Origin: Symbiobacterium thermophilum
GTDB taxonomy: Bacteria; Bacillota; Sulfobacillia; DYFQ01
DNA length: 64,000 nucleotides
Assembly: GCA_020725105.1 (NCBI GenBank)
Contig: DYFQ01000004.1
Coordinates: 3,127 to 67,126 of the forward strand
Reading direction: 5' to 3'
A model generated the notes under the pieces. That model was not told where the DNA came from and did no database searches. It worked only from the letters and a program-made list of their open reading frames with translations. Below are positions 54,988 through 64,000 of this stretch, in pieces. Each line of letters starts with the position of its first letter. Within the stretch, counting starts at the first letter, position 1. The translations under genes were made by a program, and so were the position numbers.

Positions 54988-56172
54988 GTGACCGGAGCCG
55001 GAGGGTGGCTGGACCGGGCCATCGCTCACCTGGAGGCCCAGCTGGCCGAGACCATCGAGGATATCGTCAGCATCTGCGAGATCCCCGCGCCCACCTTCCG
55101 GGAGCGGCGGCGGGCCATGGAACTGGCCCGCCGGCTGAACGCCCTCGGGCTTTCAGACGTGCACCTGGACGGGGTCGGCAACGTCATCGGACGTTACCCG
55201 CTCCGGGCCTCCGGGTCGCGAAACGGAGCCCTGGTCGTGTCGGCTCACCTGGACACGGTGTTTCCCGACGAGACCCCCATCAAGGTCCGGCGGACCGGCG
55301 ACCGGCTGGAGGGACCGGGGGTCGGGGACAACTCCACCTCTCTCGCGGTGCTGGTCCGGGTGGTGGCGGCCCTCCTCGCGGCTGGCTGGGAATCCCCCGT
55401 GGACCTGGTGGTCCTGGCCAACGTGGGCGAGGAAGGCCTGGGGGACCTGAGGGGGATGAAGGGTTTCTTCGACGGCTACGCCGCCGAGAACAGGCTCAAC
55501 GTCCGCGGCTGCCTGGTGCTGGACGGGCCGCTGGGTAACCTCTCCAACCGGGGCATCGGCTCCCGCCGGCTGGACGTGACCTTCACGGGCCCGGGTGGGC
55601 ACAGCTGGAAGGACTTCGGCACCCCCAGCGCCATCCACGCGCTCGGCCGGGCCATCGCCGTCGTCGCCGACCTCACGGTGCCCCGACGACCCAAGACCAC
55701 CTACAACGTGGGGCTCGTCAGGGGCGGCACCTCGGTGAACACCATCGCAGCCGAAGCCGGAATGGTGGTCGACCTCAGGTCGGAGCAAGAGGAAGCCCTC
55801 GACCGGCTCGAGGCGCGGGTGAGGCGGGCGGTGAGCGCCGCCGCGGGAGAAGGGACCGGCGTGCGCATCGAGGTGGTGGGCGACCGGCCCATCGGGGCCA
55901 TCCCGGACCAGCACCCCCTGGTCCAGGCGGCCCGGGACGCCGCCCGGGGCCTGGGCCTGGCGCTTCGCTGCGGCTCCTCCAGCACCGACGCTAACGTCCC
56001 GCTCTCGAGAGGCATTCCCGCCTGCGCGCTCGGGGTGTACCGGGGCGGCGGCGCCCATACCCGCCAGGAGTACGTCCTCACCGGCTCGCTGCCGGACGGG
56101 ATGAAGCTGGCCCTGCTGACGTTGGTGGGTTGGGCGGCGTGGGCGGCCGCCGAAAGCGAGCGGTCCGGCTAG
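54988..56172 (+). CDS. M20-family metallopeptidase (peptidase T / ArgE / DapE-like)
   Basis: HLDTVFP metal-binding motif, dimerisation-domain pattern. GTG start with GGAGGGGG RBS. Confidence 0.7.
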   Translation: MTGAGGWLDRAIAHLEAQLAETIEDIVSICEIPAPTFRERRRAMELARRLNALGLSDVHLDGVGNVIGRYPLRASGSRNGALVVSAHLDTVFPDETPIKVRRTGDRLEGPGVGDNSTSLAVLVRVVAALLAAGWESPVDLVVLANVGEEGLGDLRGMKGFFDGYAAENRLNVRGCLVLDGPLGNLSNRGIGSRRLDVTFTGPGGHSWKDFGTPSAIHALGRAIAVVADLTVPRRPKTTYNVGLVRGGTSVNTIAAEAGMVVDLRSEQEEALDRLEARVRRAVSAAAGEGTGVRIEVVGDRPIGAIPDQHPLVQAARDAARGLGLALRCGSSSTDANVPLSRGIPACALGVYRGGGAHTRQEYVLTGSLPDGMKLALLTLVGWAAWAAAESERSG

Positions 56173-56627
56173 GAGCGCTGCCTGGCCGGGGCTTCCTTCT
56201 GGCAGGCCTTGCAGACCCCGAAGAACTTTACCTCGTGGTCGATCACCTGAAACTGGTTTGCCTCGCCGACCGCCTCTTCCAGCGAGCGCAGGAAGGCCTC
56301 GTCAAAGGCCTCAACCGCACCGCACCTGACGCAGATCAGGTGGTTCTGGTACTGGGAGCCGCCGTCGGCCAGCCCGTAGCGGGTCTTGCCGTCGCCGAAA
56401 GACACCCGCTGCAGCATCCCCAGGTCGGTCAGGAGGTCAAGGGTGCGGTAGATCGTTGCCAGGCCGATCTCAGGGTAGTCCTGTTTGATGAGGTTGTAGA
56501 CGTCCTCGGCTGAAAGCTGGCGGTCCTTGTTCAGCACGATCTCCTTGATGATGGCCCACCGCTGCCAGGTGACCCGGTACTCGCTTGAATTCAGCCGCTC
56601 GAGGATGGTGCGGATGTTATGGGGCAC
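56169..56627 (-). CDS. fur: Fur-family transcriptional regulator (Fur/PerR/Zur type)
   Basis: DNA-binding helix (HNIRTILERL...LSAEDVY...ATIYRTLDLL) and a structural-Zn CxxC pair (HLICVRCG...CKAC). GTG start with AGGAGGGGAG RBS. Confidence 0.8.
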   Translation of the reverse strand: MPHNIRTILERLNSSEYRVTWQRWAIIKEIVLNKDRQLSAEDVYNLIKQDYPEIGLATIYRTLDLLTDLGMLQRVSFGDGKTRYGLADGGSQYQNHLICVRCGAVEAFDEAFLRSLEEAVGEANQFQVIDHEVKFFGVCKACQKEAPARQRS

Positions 56628-56907
56628 GCCCGCTCTCCCCTCCTGTCCGCTGAACGGCGCCGGTGGCTTCAGCAACATCTTATCGAAAATGATCATCAGT
56701 GAGAATCCACGAGAACGGGCAGACTGTCCCCCCGGGGAGGCCCGGAGGGCAAGGAGATGGTGGCGTTGACCGGCGGCGCGGGCCCTGGCGGACCGGGTAC
56801 CGCCCCCGCGCCGGGCCCGGCCCACCCGCGCCCTGGCCGACGCCAGCCCGCGCCCCACGGACCCGGTGTATTGAACTCAACCGGCGAAACGCCAGCGGAA
56901 GCGGCCG

Positions 56908-57780
56908 TCAAAGGGAGTCCCGCTTCAGAAACGCCGTCATGCAGTGGAGGGAACCCCAGCCCTTCTGGAGTTCCGACACGTCAATCTCGATCACCTCGAC
57001 CCCAGCCCTCGACAAAGCCTCCGCGGTCCGGGGCGCCCCCTGGGCCACCACCACGCGACCGGGAGCCAGGGCGACGAAGTTGGCGGCGGAGCGCTCCTTG
57101 GCCTCGCGGACGTCGTTCACCTCGATGATGCGGAAACCACGCCGCTTGAAAACCTCGTAGACCACGAAGGGGGTCTGCCACGGGAACAGCACCACCACGT
57201 CCCGATCGGCAATGTTGAAAATGCCGTCCAGGTGCACCCCGCCAAAGCTGTGCTGGACGGTGACGATCTCCTCGACCCCCATCCGGCGAAGTTCCTCGGC
57301 CACCTGCCGGAGGCCCTCGGCGTTGGACCGGTTGCCCAGGCCCAGGAAGGCCGTCTTCCGGTCCAGCCACATGAGATCCGCGCCCTCGAAGGTGCCCGCT
57401 CCGGCCACCGTCCGGATGATGGGCACCCCCAGGCGGGCCAGGGTCTCGGCCACGTACCGTTCCTCGCCCCGGCGGACCTCCAGGGCCGGCCGGGCCAGGA
57501 TGGCGCCTTCGGGCGTCATGGCCACCAGATCGCGCACGAAATACCCGTTGGGCCGGTCTTCTCCCATCCGCTCGACGTAGTGCACGGCCACCCCGTGCTC
57601 CCGGTAAAGACCGCACAGCGCGTCGTGCTGGGCCCGGGCCCGTTCGGGATCTACAGGGGCGCGGAAGCGGGCCCGGGCCGGGTCGACGTTTTCGATCTCC
57701 CGGCCAGGCCGCCGGACCAGCACCGCCCGGAGGGTGCCGATCTCGCTGTCACACCCCCAGTCGCCCCACAGGTCCTTCAT
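56908..57780 (-). CDS. Amidinotransferase-superfamily enzyme (dimethylarginine dimethylaminohydrolase / arginine deiminase-like)
   Basis: C-terminal GSLHCMTAFLKRD, the active-site Cys motif of the DDAH/ADI/amidinotransferase fold. Confidence 0.7.
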   Translation of the reverse strand: MKDLWGDWGCDSEIGTLRAVLVRRPGREIENVDPARARFRAPVDPERARAQHDALCGLYREHGVAVHYVERMGEDRPNGYFVRDLVAMTPEGAILARPALEVRRGEERYVAETLARLGVPIIRTVAGAGTFEGADLMWLDRKTAFLGLGNRSNAEGLRQVAEELRRMGVEEIVTVQHSFGGVHLDGIFNIADRDVVVLFPWQTPFVVYEVFKRRGFRIIEVNDVREAKERSAANFVALAPGRVVVAQGAPRTAEALSRAGVEVIEIDVSELQKGWGSLHCMTAFLKRDSL

Positions 57781-57963
57781 GTCCTCCTCGAAGGTGGTCG
57801 GTTTGGCAAACCAGCGTTCCCCGGTGGCCTCCACTGACGGCACGACTCCTCTCTCGGGCGGTGGCGTGCTCGGGCCGGTACGACTCCAACTCCTGACCCT
57901 GGTAGGACTGTTACGGGTAGCCCCGCGCCTTCCCCTGCGACCGAGGCGAAAGTCCACCGTGGG

Positions 57964-58257
57964 CTAGCGGAAACCGATTAGCAGGCTGAGAAGCAGGATG
58001 CACGACACGGCCAGGCCGGCCGCCAGCCCGGCCACGTCCCGGCGGCGGCTGAACCGCACCATCGCCGCCGCCACCCCGGCCACCGGGGTTGCCACCAGGA
58101 CGTCGAGCCCGGCGGTGAGCACCCGCAGGGCGGGGGAGCCCGGGGCGGTTCCGGTCGCCACCGCCAGCAAGAGGCCGGCGCCAAACAGCGCGGTGCAGAG
58201 ACCCACCCCGGCCAGCAGTACCAGGGCCAGCAGCTGGTCGTCCCGGCGTGAGTTCAT
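57964..58257 (-). CDS. Small integral membrane protein (DUF1634-like), translationally coupled to the TauE/SafE gene
   Basis: 97 aa with three predicted TM helices. Its ATG overlaps the TauE stop (ATGA at 58254-58257). It is the C-terminal part of tracked ORF 57964..58788. Confidence 0.45.
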   Translation of the reverse strand: MNSRRDDQLLALVLLAGVGLCTALFGAGLLLAVATGTAPGSPALRVLTAGLDVLVATPVAGVAAAMVRFSRRRDVAGLAAGLAVSCILLLSLLIGFR

Positions 58258-59093
58258 GGCCCGCCGGCTGCCGCCACCCGGCGGACAAGCTGAACCGCCA
58301 GGACGATCAGAAGCGCTGCCACCAGTCTTTCCAGCAGGCGCTGGTCCGCCCGGCTGGCCAGCCGGGCGCCGGCCAGGGCTCCCCCCAGCACCCCGAGGGC
58401 GGCGGGCGCCGCCAGCATCGGGTCCAGCAGGCCGTGGGTCCGGTAGACGGCACTGGAGGCGACCGCGGTCAGGCCCACCATGTAGGCGCTGGTGGCCGTG
58501 GCCACACGCACGGGGAGCCCCATGCCCAGGTGCAGCAGGGGCACCTGCACGACCCCGCCGCCGATCCCCAGAAACCCTGACGCCGCGCCGGCCACGGCGG
58601 CGGCCAGCAAACCCATGATCCGGCCGCGGAGCCGCCGGGCGGTAACCTCCGGCCCGCGGGACCCGCCGGGCGCCAGCCACAGCCGCAGGGACACCAGGCC
58701 CGCGGTGATCACGAGCACCACCGCCAGGACGGTGGTGATGGCCTGAGGCGGCACGCGAACCGCGACGGCGCTGGCGCCCAGGGCGCACAGGGTGGCCACC
58801 GACTGGAGGGCCAGACCCAGGCGAACCAGGGGCAACCCCTCCCGCAGGTACAACCCGGCAGCCATGCTGGAGGTCGCCAGGACCGCCACCAGGCTCACGC
58901 CCACCGCGGACCGGACGGGCAGCCCCAGGCCCAGGTGCAGGAGGGGCACCAGCACCACGCCACCCCCGATGCCCGCCATGGCTCCCAGCACGCCGGTACC
59001 GAATCCCGTTGCCAGCAGGAGCAGAAAGAACACAGGCCCCACGAGCGCCGCCGGCCTCCCTCGGCTCGGTGCCAGGGTATGCGGGGCCGTCAC
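58254..59093 (-). CDS. TSUP-family (TauE/SafE, DUF81) anion exporter
   Basis: Duplicated 4-TM repeat carrying the GxGGG motif twice (GIGGGVVLVPLLHLGLGLP and GIGGGVVQVPLLHLGMGLP). Confidence 0.8.
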   Translation of the reverse strand: MTAPHTLAPSRGRPAALVGPVFFLLLLATGFGTGVLGAMAGIGGGVVLVPLLHLGLGLPVRSAVGVSLVAVLATSSMAAGLYLREGLPLVRLGLALQSVATLCALGASAVAVRVPPQAITTVLAVVLVITAGLVSLRLWLAPGGSRGPEVTARRLRGRIMGLLAAAVAGAASGFLGIGGGVVQVPLLHLGMGLPVRVATATSAYMVGLTAVASSAVYRTHGLLDPMLAAPAALGVLGGALAGARLASRADQRLLERLVAALLIVLAVQLVRRVAAAGGP

Positions 59094-59336
59094 GCCGGTA
59101 GTCCCGCAGGTTACCAGCCCTTTGGCGGGAGGGTCACCTTCAACCCGCGGCGAACTGTCGTTCCAGGTGAATCAGCACCGGCCGCAGCGCTAAAAAAAAA
59201 GCCAAGAGTGCCGGGTATTACCCTGGGAGGGAGCCCTCCTGGAATCCCTGTTCTACGCTCTCTGCGGCCCGGCCGCCGGCAGGCTCGACCGGGGTGAGGC
59301 GCCCTCCGCGGCAGGCGTAGTCCCGGAGGGATGACC

Positions 59337-60005
59337 GTGCTGGATACAACCTGGTTTCCGGTGCTCCTGTCGCTCCGCGTGGCTTCCCTGGCCACCCTGG
59401 GGGCCCTGGCCGTGGGCGTGCCGCTGGCGGCCGTACTGGCCCGCCGGCGGGGCTGGGGAGCCGACCTGCTGAGCGCCACGGTCACCCTGCCGCTGGTCCT
59501 GCCTCCCACGGTCCTCGGTTACTACCTGCTGGTGGTGATCGGCCGGCGCAGCGTGGTGGGAGCGTTCCTTGAAGAACGGTTTGGCGTCGTGCTGGTCTTC
59601 ACCTGGCAGGCGGCGGTGCTGGCCGCCATGGTGGTGGCCCTGCCCCTGGTAGTCCGGTCGGCGCTGGCCGCCTTCGAGAGCATCGATCCCCGCCTGGAAG
59701 CCGCCGCCCGGACGCTGGGCCGTTCGGAACTGGCCATCTTCTTCACGGTCAGCCTCCCCCTGGCCTGGCGCGGCCTGGTGGCCGGAACCGTGCTGGCCTT
59801 CGCGCGGGCGATGGGAGAGTTCGGCGCCACCCTGATGGTGGCCGGCAACATCCCGGGCAAAACCCAGACGCTGTCCATCGCCATCTACGACGCCGTCCAG
59901 GCCGGCCGCGCGGACCTGGCCAACAGCCTGGTGGTCCTCATCAGTCTGGTCACCATCGGCGCCCTCGTGCTGCTGGCGCGGGTGGCCCGCCTGACCAGGT
60001 GGTGA
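59337..60005 (+). CDS. modB: Molybdate ABC transporter permease
   Basis: ModB/CysTW-family EAA loop region (FARAMGEFGATLMVAGN). GTG start after GGAGGG. Confidence 0.85.
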   Translation: MLDTTWFPVLLSLRVASLATLGALAVGVPLAAVLARRRGWGADLLSATVTLPLVLPPTVLGYYLLVVIGRRSVVGAFLEERFGVVLVFTWQAAVLAAMVVALPLVVRSALAAFESIDPRLEAAARTLGRSELAIFFTVSLPLAWRGLVAGTVLAFARAMGEFGATLMVAGNIPGKTQTLSIAIYDAVQAGRADLANSLVVLISLVTIGALVLLARVARLTRW

Positions 60006-61144
60006 CCATGCTCCGCTGCGACATCTCCAAGCAGCTACCTGGTTTCCGTCTTGAGGTCCGGCTCGAGGCCGGCCGGGGGGTGCAGGCCCTCTTCGGCCCG
60101 TCCGGTTCGGGCAAGAGCCTCACCCTGCAGTGCCTGGCCGGGCTGGTCCGCCCCGACACCGGCCTGATCGAGGTCGGCGGCCGGCCGGTGTTCGCCGCGG
60201 ACCGGGGCGTCGACCTGCCCCCGCAGCGCCGGCAGGTGGGCTACGTGTTCCAGAACTACGCCCTGTTTCCCCACCTGACCGTGAAGGAGAACGTGGCCTA
60301 CGGCCTCCACCGGCTTCCCCGGCCGCAACGGGAGGCCAGGGTGGCCGAGGCTCTGGCCGCGATGCGGCTGGCGGGGCTGCAAAACCGCCGGCCGGCGGAA
60401 CTCTCCGGCGGGCAGCAGCAGCGGGTCGCCCTGGCCCGCGCCCTGGTGACCAGACCCAAGCTCCTGCTCCTGGACGAGCCCTTCGCCGCGCTGGACAGCA
60501 TCATCCGCGGCCGGCTCCACCGGGAACTCCTTGAACTCCTCGACGAGGCCCCCGTGACGACCCTGCTGGTCACTCACAGCCTGGACGAGGCCTATGCCCT
60601 CAGCCGGGAGATCGCCGTGTTCGAGGCCGGCCGGGTGCTGCAGCACGGCCCGCGGGACGAGGTCTTCTACCACCCCAGCTGCAAGAGCGTGGCCCGGTTC
60701 ATGGGGATGAAGAACTTCATCCCCGGCCTGGTAGCCGCGGTGACGGAACAGTATACCCGGGTGGACGGTCCGGGGTTCACCCTGTGGGGCCCTCCGGCGG
60801 CCTGCCGGCCGGGCCAGGCGGTGGAGTGCTGCATCCGGCCCGAGCACGTGCTGCTGGTCCGCAAGGACCGCGCCGGCGAGGGGCCCGGTCCCCTGGAGGC
60901 GCGGCTTGACGGGGTCATCGTCCAGGAGGTCACCTACGGGGGCTACGTGCAGCTTTTGTGGCGGGCAGCCGGGCCGGCCCATCCGGACATGCCCGACCTG
61001 CACGTGACCTTGCCGACCCACGTCTACCGCAGGCTCGGCGTGGCGGGTCAGGCCCGGTGGAGTGTGGCCCTCAAGGCCGACTTCATCCACCTGCTCCCGG
61101 CCGAACCCGACCGGACGGAGTGGACCCGGGCGGGGGCCGACTGA
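59999..61144 (+). CDS. modC: Molybdate ABC transporter ATP-binding protein with C-terminal TOBE/MOP domain
   Basis: Walker A (GPSGSGKS), signature (LSGGQQQRVALARAL), Walker B (LLLLDEPF), C-terminal TOBE. Confidence 0.85.
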   Translation: MVTMLRCDISKQLPGFRLEVRLEAGRGVQALFGPSGSGKSLTLQCLAGLVRPDTGLIEVGGRPVFAADRGVDLPPQRRQVGYVFQNYALFPHLTVKENVAYGLHRLPRPQREARVAEALAAMRLAGLQNRRPAELSGGQQQRVALARALVTRPKLLLLDEPFAALDSIIRGRLHRELLELLDEAPVTTLLVTHSLDEAYALSREIAVFEAGRVLQHGPRDEVFYHPSCKSVARFMGMKNFIPGLVAAVTEQYTRVDGPGFTLWGPPAACRPGQAVECCIRPEHVLLVRKDRAGEGPGPLEARLDGVIVQEVTYGGYVQLLWRAAGPAHPDMPDLHVTLPTHVYRRLGVAGQARWSVALKADFIHLLPAEPDRTEWTRAGAD

Positions 61145-61235
61145 GCCGGCCGCCACGGGGGCAGGAAGCCGCCGGCGGCTACCGCTGGCCGAGGCAACCG
61201 CCAACCGGCCAAGGATTTCTCTCTCGGACCCCGGA

Positions 61236-62207
61236 ATGCTAACGGGCGTGGTCCGCGGTTACGGTCTTGTAGTTCTGGCGGCGCTTCTGTGGGGGTCGAG
61301 CGGGCTCTTCGCGCGGCTCATCTACGGGCTGGGCGTTTCTCCCACGGTCGTCGCTCTCTGGCGAACCGCCTTCGGTTCTTGCCTCACCCTCTTGTGGACG
61401 CGATGGCTGGGCGGCCGGACGGGGCGACCCTCCGGCGGCGCCGGCCGGGCGCCACCAGCCGGCGCGGCGCGGCTCCTGGTGGCCAGCGGCCTGGCCATGG
61501 GTCTCCTGGCGCTGACTTACCTCCACTCGATGGGCCTGAACCGGCTGGCCGTGGCCGCCCTGCTGCTGTACACCGCGCCGGCCTTTGTCGCCGTGGGGGC
61601 CTGGCGCTGGCTGGGCGAGCCATTGACCTTTTCCAAGCTGGCGGCCCTCGGCGGTGCGCTCACCGGCGTCGGGCTCCTGGCTCTCCCCGGCCTGGCTCCG
61701 GCCGGTCTCAGTGGCGCGGGCCTGGCGGTCGGGCTCCTGGCCGGGCTGTCCTACGCGGGCCTGAGCCTGGTCACCAGGGCGGCGGTCCGCCACTACCCGC
61801 CCGCGACGACGGCCCTGTGGACGCAGGCCGTGGCGACGCTCACCGTTGGGCTCGCCCTGTTCCCGGCGGCCCGGGGCGCCCTGGCCCTGCCGGCCAGGGC
61901 CTGGCTTCTACTGGTCGGGGCGGCCATCTGCAACGCCTTCTTGCCGTACCTGCTCTACAGCACCGCCCTGACCCGGGTGCCCGCCTCCAACGCCAGCCTG
62001 GTGGCGCTGGTCGAACCGGTGTCCAGCGCCCTGTGGGGACTCTGGTGGTTCGGAGAGCGGCTCACGCCGGCGGAGGTCGCCGGCGCCACCTTGATCCTGG
62101 GGGCGGCCGCCCTTGTCGCCACGCAGGGTAGAGCCGGGCGGGTCTCCGCCGCTAGTCCTCCTCCACCACCGCCACGGCCCGAATCGGCGAGCCGCTCCCG
62201 TTCTTGA
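61236..62207 (+). CDS. DMT-superfamily (EamA-like) transporter
   Basis: Ten predicted TM helices in two EamA repeats. The start and the 3' end are uncertain; the tail overlaps the convergent cyclase gene. Confidence 0.65.
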   Translation: MLTGVVRGYGLVVLAALLWGSSGLFARLIYGLGVSPTVVALWRTAFGSCLTLLWTRWLGGRTGRPSGGAGRAPPAGAARLLVASGLAMGLLALTYLHSMGLNRLAVAALLLYTAPAFVAVGAWRWLGEPLTFSKLAALGGALTGVGLLALPGLAPAGLSGAGLAVGLLAGLSYAGLSLVTRAAVRHYPPATTALWTQAVATLTVGLALFPAARGALALPARAWLLLVGAAICNAFLPYLLYSTALTRVPASNASLVALVEPVSSALWGLWWFGERLTPAEVAGATLILGAAALVATQGRAGRVSAASPPPPPPRPESASRSRS

Positions 62208-62871
62208 TCTTCAGCGGCAGCCCGATAAACCTGAACACCGGCGTCGGGATCTGGTCCAGGTTGGCCAGGTTCTCGATCATGTACCACTCGTACTTCCGCA
62301 TCAGGTAGTGGGCCGGGTAACGGCGCGGGTCGTTGGGTTCAAGGCCGCTGTCCGGGAAGTGGACGTACCGGTCCAGCTCCATGGTGACCATGTCCATCCC
62401 GATGTTCTTGACTCCCTGCCGCAACAGCCATTCCGTCGCCTCGGGAGTGACGTTCAGGAGATCGGCGTGGTACGCCGGTGTCCCCCAGAGCTTGTAGCGG
62501 TCGGTCCGCAGCATCACGATGCGGAAGTCGGCCACAGACACCCCGGCCTGGCGGGCCGCGGCCTCGAGGTCGGCGATGGTCACGTCCTCCCGCGCCCGCT
62601 TGTGGGAAAGGTCCAGGACGCAGGCGGGACCGCAGAAGGCTTCCAGGGGAACCCGATCGGTGGGCGTCCCCTCGGGATTGAAGTGGATCGGCGCGTCCAT
62701 GTGGGTCCCGCAGTGGTCGCCGATGTAGAGCGCGCACTCGTAAAACCCGTTCGCCTCGTAAGTGGCGAAGGTGCCGATGAGGGTCCGGGCATTCTCGCCC
62801 AGCTGCTGATAGGGGTTGTCGCCGTAGGACTCGATGGGGTGCGTCAGGTCGATGATCCGCTCCCCGGGCAT
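62152..62871 (-). CDS. Cyclase-family protein (kynurenine formamidase-like)
   Basis: HxGTHxDxPxH motif (GDHCGTHMDAPIHF). ATG at 62871 with AGAGGAGGCGG RBS. Confidence 0.75.
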   Translation of the reverse strand: MPGERIIDLTHPIESYGDNPYQQLGENARTLIGTFATYEANGFYECALYIGDHCGTHMDAPIHFNPEGTPTDRVPLEAFCGPACVLDLSHKRAREDVTIADLEAAARQAGVSVADFRIVMLRTDRYKLWGTPAYHADLLNVTPEATEWLLRQGVKNIGMDMVTMELDRYVHFPDSGLEPNDPRRYPAHYLMRKYEWYMIENLANLDQIPTPVFRFIGLPLKIKNGSGSPIRAVAVVEED

Positions 62872-62981
62872 GGCACCGCCTCCTCTGGCGTTCATGGTCG
62901 AACTCCAATTCGACAAGGAGTAGCGTTTTCCGCCCCTGCTGAACCTCCCCACCACCGCTGCTCGGGAGCTGAGAGGGAAAC

Positions 62982-64000
62982 CTACTGGGGTCGCCCTCGC
63001 TCTACCAGGGTTTCCCACCGCCGGTAGCCCGCTTCGAGCTTCACCTCTACCTCCCGGTACTCCCGGACCAGGTCACCGCCGGACCCCGACCGGTAGGTGG
63101 CCGGGTCGGCCAGGACCCGCTCCAGTTCGGTCCGGCGGGCCTCCAGGGCGGCGATCTCCGCCTCCAGTTGCTCCAGTTCGGCCTGGACCCCGGTCGCCCG
63201 GTCCCCGCCAACCGCGGGCCCGGACCTGGCGGGGGCCCGGCGTGACGGCCGGCGGCAGGCCGGGCCGCCGCGCCGCGCCGGCTCCGGTTCTTGCCGGCCG
63301 GCGGGCGGCGCCTTGCCGTCTCGCCAGGCCCGGTAGGCCGAGTAGTTTCCCGGGACGAAGACCGCCGACGCCCGGTCCAGGACCAGTATGTGGCTGCAGA
63401 CGGCGTCCAGCAGGCGCCGGTCGTGGCTCACCAGCAGCACCGTACCGTCGAAAGCGGCAATGGCGTCCTCCAGCGCCCGGCGGGCTGGAAGGTCCAGGTG
63501 GTTGGTGGGCTCGTCCAGCACCAGGAAGTTGGCGCCCGACAGCACCAGCCGCAAGAGGGCCAGCCGGGCCCGCTCGCCGCCGGACAGGCTGCCCACGGTC
63601 TGGAAGACCGTGTCACCGCGGAACAGGAACCGGGCCAGCAGCGAGCGGGCCTCGCCCACCGTCAACTCCCGGCCGGCCTCGTCGGCCGCGTCGAGGCAGG
63701 CCTCCAGGACCGTGGCGCCGTTCTCCGGCGCCTCCCGGGATTGGGGCAGGTAGCCGGGCACGACACCGGCGCCCCAGCGCACGCGACCGGCCGCCGGGGG
63801 CTCGAGCCCCAGCAGCAGCCGGAGCAGCGTCGTCTTGCCCGCGCCGTTGGGACCCACCACGCCGACGCGGGCGCCCCGCTCCACCCGGAAAGACACCTGG
63901 CTGAACAGGACGCGCCCCCCGTACCCCTTGGCCAGACCCTCCGCCTCCACCACCAGCCTGCCTGGCGCCCCCTCGGGCGAAAACGCCAGCGACAGGCCGG
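62982..64000 (-). CDS. ABC-F family ATPase, C-terminal ABC domain and coiled-coil tail (5' end lies beyond the window)
   Basis: Walker A GPNGAGKTTLL, signature LSGGERARL, Walker B LVLDEPTNHLD. The reading frame stays open to the window edge, so the first ABC domain is off-window. Confidence 0.8.
   Translation of the reverse strand, partial: GLSLAFSPEGAPGRLVVEAEGLAKGYGGRVLFSQVSFRVERGARVGVVGPNGAGKTTLLRLLLGLEPPAAGRVRWGAGVVPGYLPQSREAPENGATVLEACLDAADEAGRELTVGEARSLLARFLFRGDTVFQTVGSLSGGERARLALLRLVLSGANFLVLDEPTNHLDLPARRALEDAIAAFDGTVLLVSHDRRLLDAVCSHILVLDRASAVFVPGNYSAYRAWRDGKAPPAGRQEPEPARRGGPACRRPSRRAPARSGPAVGGDRATGVQAELEQLEAEIAALEARRTELERVLADPATYRSGSGGDLVREYREVEVKLEAGYRRWETLVERGRPQ

Noticed and set aside
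1-64000. Search for CRISPR arrays, tandem repeats, IS elements, integrases, and tRNA or rRNA genes
   Set aside because: No spaced direct repeats, no transposase or integrase-like ORFs, and no tRNA-like cloverleaf segments noticed. Only trivial short repeats appear, for example the GCTCACT duplication near 35750 and the A9 run at 59183-59191.

Overview
This is a ~70% GC window from an endospore-forming Firmicute chromosome. Sporulation markers are an alpha/beta-type SASP, SpoIID, two CotF-domain coat proteins, a DUF1540 small Cys protein and a SigI/RsgI pair. The high GC suggests a Symbiobacterium- or Limnochordia-like organism, but I cannot assign a lineage from sequence alone. Coding density is high and the content is mostly core anaerobic carbon and redox metabolism: a 2-subunit 2-oxoacid:ferredoxin oxidoreductase (korAB), a 4-subunit pyruvate/2-oxoacid:ferredoxin oxidoreductase (porGDAB), a TPP-dependent E1alpha/E1beta/E2 dehydrogenase set with no E3, lipA, coaBC-coaX, murC, pheA, aspartase, a modBC molybdate transporter and Fur-family and other regulators. 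I found no rRNA, tRNA, CRISPR array, transposase or integrase. The most system-like and possibly undescribed feature is a minus-strand methylene-THF reductase module at 13.0-19.3 kb. Its order is PAS-GAF histidine kinase, then a GltD-like FAD/FeS protein fused to MvhD, then MetV, then MetF, then a tandem-REC response regulator with no output domain. ATGA-type stop/start overlaps link the kinase to the oxidoreductase and the oxidoreductase to MetV, which embeds a two-component sensor inside a Wood-Ljungdahl MTHFR operon. Other points of interest are two paralogous wHTH regulators with a C-terminal Cys-rich domain, each divergent from a redox gene; an orphan fixC; a SigI-RsgI pair whose RsgI C-terminus has no recognisable sensing module; a compact spore-protein cluster with a textbook sigmaA-type promoter; and a convergently overlapping polyprenyl synthase and geranylgeranyl reductase pair. 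Many long ORFs in the six-frame track are antisense artefacts of the high GC and were rejected. Gene starts were chosen by domain onset plus Shine-Dalgarno context. Several use GTG or TTG and are uncertain by a few codons.
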